From contig OZ024741.1 in assembly GCA_964016885.1 (NCBI GenBank), forward strand, positions 130,262,001-130,326,000: DNA of 64,000 nt, written 5' to 3'. Under the pieces are notes generated by a model, which saw only the letters and a list, made by a program, of their open reading frames with translations, searched no databases and was not told the DNA's origin. Source of the stretch: Eledone cirrhosa. Taxonomy: Eukaryota. A program made the translations under genes and the position numbers. Each line of letters starts with the position of its first letter. Position 1 is the stretch's first letter. Below, in pieces: positions 59,301 through 64,000 of the stretch.

Positions 59301-62300
59301 CAGGCCTTCACTGCCACACAACGCTACACCACATACAACAGACCCTCACTGCCACACAACACTACACCACATACAAGATGCCTTCACTGCCACACAACAC
59401 TACACCACACATAATAGACCTTCACTGCCACACAACACTACACCACATAAAACAGGCCTTCACTGCCACACAACACTACACCACACACAACAGGCCTTCA
59501 CTGCCACACAACACTACACCACATACAGCAGGCCTTCACTGCCACACAACACTACACCACACACAGCAGGCCTTCACTGCCACACAACACTACACCACAT
59601 ACAAGATGCTTTCACTGCCACACAACACTACACCACACATAATAGACCTTCACTGCCACACAACACTACACCACACATAATAGACCTTCACTGCCACACA
59701 ACACTACACCACATACAACAGGCCTTCACTGCCACACAACACTACACCACATACAAGAGGCCTTCACTGCCACACAACACTACACCACATACAACAGGCT
59801 TTCACTGCCACACAACACTACACCACACACAACAGGCCTTCACTGCCACACAACACTACACCACATACAACAGGCCTTCACTGTAACACAACACTACACC
59901 ACACACAACAGGCCTTCACTGCCACACAACACTACACCACATACAAGATGCCTTCACTGCCACACTACACTACACCACATACAACAGACCCTCACTGCCA
60001 CACAACACTACACCACATACAACAGGCCTTCACTGCCACACAACACTACACCACATACAATAGACCTTCACTGCCACACAACACTACACCACATACAACA
60101 GGCCTTCACTGCCACACAACACTACACCATACACAACAGGCCTTCACTGCCACACAACACTACACCACACATAATAGACCTTCACTGCCATACAACACTA
60201 CACCACATACAAGATGCCTTCACTGCCACACTACACTACACCACATACAACAGACCCTCACTGCCACACAACACTACACCACATACAACAGGCCTTCACT
60301 GCCACACAACACTACACCACATACAACAGGCCTTCACTGCCACACAACACTACACCACATACAACAGGCCTTCACTGCCACACAACACTACACCACATAC
60401 AACAGGCCTTCACTGCCACACAACACTACACCACATACAAGATGCCTTCACTGCCACACAACACTACACCACACACAACAGACCTTCACTGCCATACAAC
60501 ACTACACCACATACAACAGGCCTTCACTGCCACACAACGCTACACCACATACAACAGACCCTCACTGCCACACAACACTACACCACATACAAGATGCCTT
60601 CACTGCCACACAACACTACACCACACATAATAGACCTTCACTGCCACACAACACTACACCACATAAAACAGGCCTTCACTGCCACACAACACTACACCAC
60701 ACACAACAGGCCTTCACTGCCACACAACACTACACCACATACAACAGGCCTTCACTGCCACACAGCACTACACCACACACAACAGGCCTTCACTGCCACA
60801 CAACACTACACCACATACAAGATGCTTTCACTGCCACACAACACTACACCACACATAATAGACCTTCACTGCCACACAACACTACACCACACATAATAGA
60901 CCTTCACTGCCACACAACACTACACCACATACAACAGGCCTTCACTGCCACACAACACTACACCACATACAAGAGGCCTTCACTGCCACACAACACTACA
61001 CCACATACAACAGGCCTTCACTGCCACACAACACTACACCACACACAACAGGCCTTCACTGCCACACAACACTACACCACATACAACAGGCCTTCACTGT
61101 AACACAACACTACACCACACACAACAGGCCTTCACTGCCACACAACACTACACCACATACAAGATGCCTTCACTGCCACACAACACTACACCACATACAA
61201 CAGACCTTCACTGCCACACAAGACTACACCACACATAATAGACCTTCACTGCCACACAACTCCACACCACATACAACAGGCCTTCACTGCCACACAACAC
61301 TACACCACACATAATAGGCCTTCACTGCCACACAACACTACACCACATACAACAGGCCTTCACTGCCACACAACACTACACCACACACAACAGGCCTTCA
61401 CTGCCACACAACACTACACCACACACAACAGGCCTTCACTGCCACACAACACTACACCACACACAACAGGCCTTCACTGCCACACAACACTACACCACAT
61501 ACAAGATGCCTTCACTGCCACACAACACTACACCACACACAACAGACCTTCACTGCCACACAACACTACACCACACATAATAGACCTTCACTGCCACACA
61601 ACACTACACCACACACAACAGACCTTCACTGCCACACAACACTACACCACATACAACAGACCTTCACTGCCACACAACACTACACCACATACAACGGGCC
61701 TTCACTGCCACACAACACTACACCACATACAACAGGCCTTCACTGCCATACAACACTACACCACATACAACAGACCTTCACTGCCACACAACACTACACC
61801 ACATACAACAGACCTTCACTGCCACACAACACTACACCACATACAACAGACCTTCACTGCCACACAACTCTACACCACATACAACAGGCCTTCACTGCCA
61901 TACAACACTACACCACATACAAGAGACCTTCACTGCCACACAACACTACACCACATACAACAGGCCTTCACTGCCATACAACACTACACCACATACAAGA
62001 GACCTTCACTGCCACACAACACTACACCACATACAACAGACCCTCACTGCCACACAACACTACACCACATACAAGAGGCCTTCACTGCCACACAACACTA
62101 CACCCCATACAACAGGCCTTCACTGCCACACAACACTACACCACATACAACAGGCCTTCACTGCCATACAACACTACACCACATACAACAGACCTTCACT
62201 GCCACACAACACTACACCACATACAACAGACCCTCACTGCCACACAACACTACACCACATACAACGGCCTTCACTGCCACACAACACTACACCACATACA

Positions 62301-63200
62301 ACAGGCCTTCACTGCCACACAACACTACACCACATACAACAGGCCTTCACTGCCACACAACACTACACCACATACAACAGGCCTTCACTGCCACACAACA
62401 CTACACCACATACAACAGGCCTTCACTGCCACACAACACTACACCACATACAACAGGCCTTCACTGCCACACAACACTACACCACATACAACAGGCCTTC
62501 ACTGCCACACAACACTACACCACATACAACAGGCCTTCACTGCCACACAACACTACACCACATACAACAGGCCTTCACTGCCACACAACACTACACCACA
62601 TACAACAGGCCTTCACTGCCACACAACACTACACCACATACAACAGGCCTTCACTGCCACACAACACTACACCACATACAACAGGCCTTCACTGCCACAC
62701 AACACTACACCACATACAACAGACCCTCACTGCCACACAACACTACACCACATACAACGGCCTTCACTGCCACACAACACTACACCACATACAACAGGCC
62801 TTCACTGCCACACAACACTACACCACATACAACAGGCCTTCACTGCCACACGACACTACACCACATACAAGAGGCCTTCACTGCCATACAATACTACACC
62901 ACATACAACAGGCCTTCACTGCCGCACAACACTACACCACAGAAAACAACCCCTCACTGCCACACAACACTACACCACATACAACAGACCCTCACTGCCA
63001 CACAAAACTACACCACATACAACAGGCCTTCACTGCCATACAACACTACACCACATACCACAGGCCTTCACTGCCACATAACACTACACCACATACAACA
63101 GGCCTTCACTGCCACACAACACTACACCATACACATAATAGACTTCACTACAACACAATACTACACCACATATAAAAAGCCATCACTGTCATACAACACT
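50392..63200. repeat. 38-bp tandem satellite, ~12.8 kb (about 335 units)
   Basis: Consensus cactgccacacaacactacaccacatacaacaggcctt. Recurrent variants (cagaccc, gaggcc, gatgcc, taatagacc). Edges degenerate up to about 63440. Confidence 0.98.
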
Positions 63201-63739
63201 ATTCCACACATGCCATTGCTACCACACCACATATATGCCCAACTACAACACAGCAAAACAGCTCACACAATAAACCCTCACTACCATCCAACACTACCAC
63301 CATGTCCTCACACCACACCACCCTACGCCATGCATAATAAACCCTCACTACAACACAACACTACACCACACACTACAGCCCTACACGACCACACAACACT
63401 ACAACAATGTCCTCACCACCACACCCCTTTATACCATGTACAACATGCCAAAAGGTAACACCACTGGGTTGCTCCCATGTAGGCTGCAGACAACATACGT
63501 ACTTTTTGGGGGTTCTCTCTCATGTATGTGTGTGTGCATTTGTCTGTATATCTGTGTGTGTTTGTGTGTATGTTTGTGTATGTATGTGTATATATATATG
63601 TATGTTTGTGTATGTATGTGTGTATGTATGTGTGTTTCTTGTCGAGCAGAGAGCCAACAGAGCGTGAGTGGGTCAATAAGGAAGGTAACATCATGGCACT
63701 CCGCAACCCACGGCAGTTTTACAGCAAACATAGCAAAAA

Positions 63740-64000
63740 TAAAAACAACAGCAACAGCAATACCACCAGCAACAACAACAGCAACAACAACAACAGGAAC
63801 AACAACAACAATAATAATATCAACAATAACAACAACAGTAAGATCAATGAGAATTACATCAACATGAACGACAATATCAGAAACAAACTACTACTAATAA
63901 TAATAATAATAATACAACAACTACTACTACTACTACCACTACTACTACTATTATTGACACTACTAATACAACAACAACTACTACTACTACTACTACTACT
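63740..64000. repeat. (AAC)n/(AAT)n/(ACT)n microsatellites
   Basis: Directly visible. Confidence 0.9.

Noticed and set aside
50212-61102. Very long His/Thr-rich ORFs (up to 974 aa)
   Set aside because: All three plus frames give the same 38-aa repeat because the 38-bp unit lacks stops on this strand. Variant units add stops at random, so this is a satellite artefact.
50392-63200. CRISPR-like array
   Set aside because: Units are contiguous with no unique spacers, there are no cas genes, and the context is eukaryotic.

Overview
Eukaryotic, AT-rich, repeat-dominated window. The tRNA-derived SINEs, dense (TA)n/(CA)n/(TG)n tracts and LINE/PLE types resemble an Octopus-like cephalopod genome (inference). 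No host protein-coding gene is supported, and nearly all long ORFs in the track are microsatellite or satellite artefacts. Contents: decayed RTE, Tx1/L1-like and CRE-like LINE fragments; about 25 SINE copies of two families; several non-autonomous Helitrons (one carrying a spliced 107-aa STPR-repeat mini-ORF); MITEs; two Penelope-like elements (PLEs) with C-terminal GIY-YIG endonucleases; and a ~12.8 kb 38-bp satellite with nested higher-order duplications. The most interesting signal is a set of hammerhead-ribozyme (HHR)-bearing elements stacked in (TA)n tracts. These are a PLE with ~950-bp inverted arms (one canonical and one G12A-mutated HHR), a PLE family with a non-canonical CAGUUGA hammerhead-like core in both copies, and a non-coding 419-nt HHR-bearing retrozyme-like element present twice. 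Coordinates were read by eye and may be off by a few bases.
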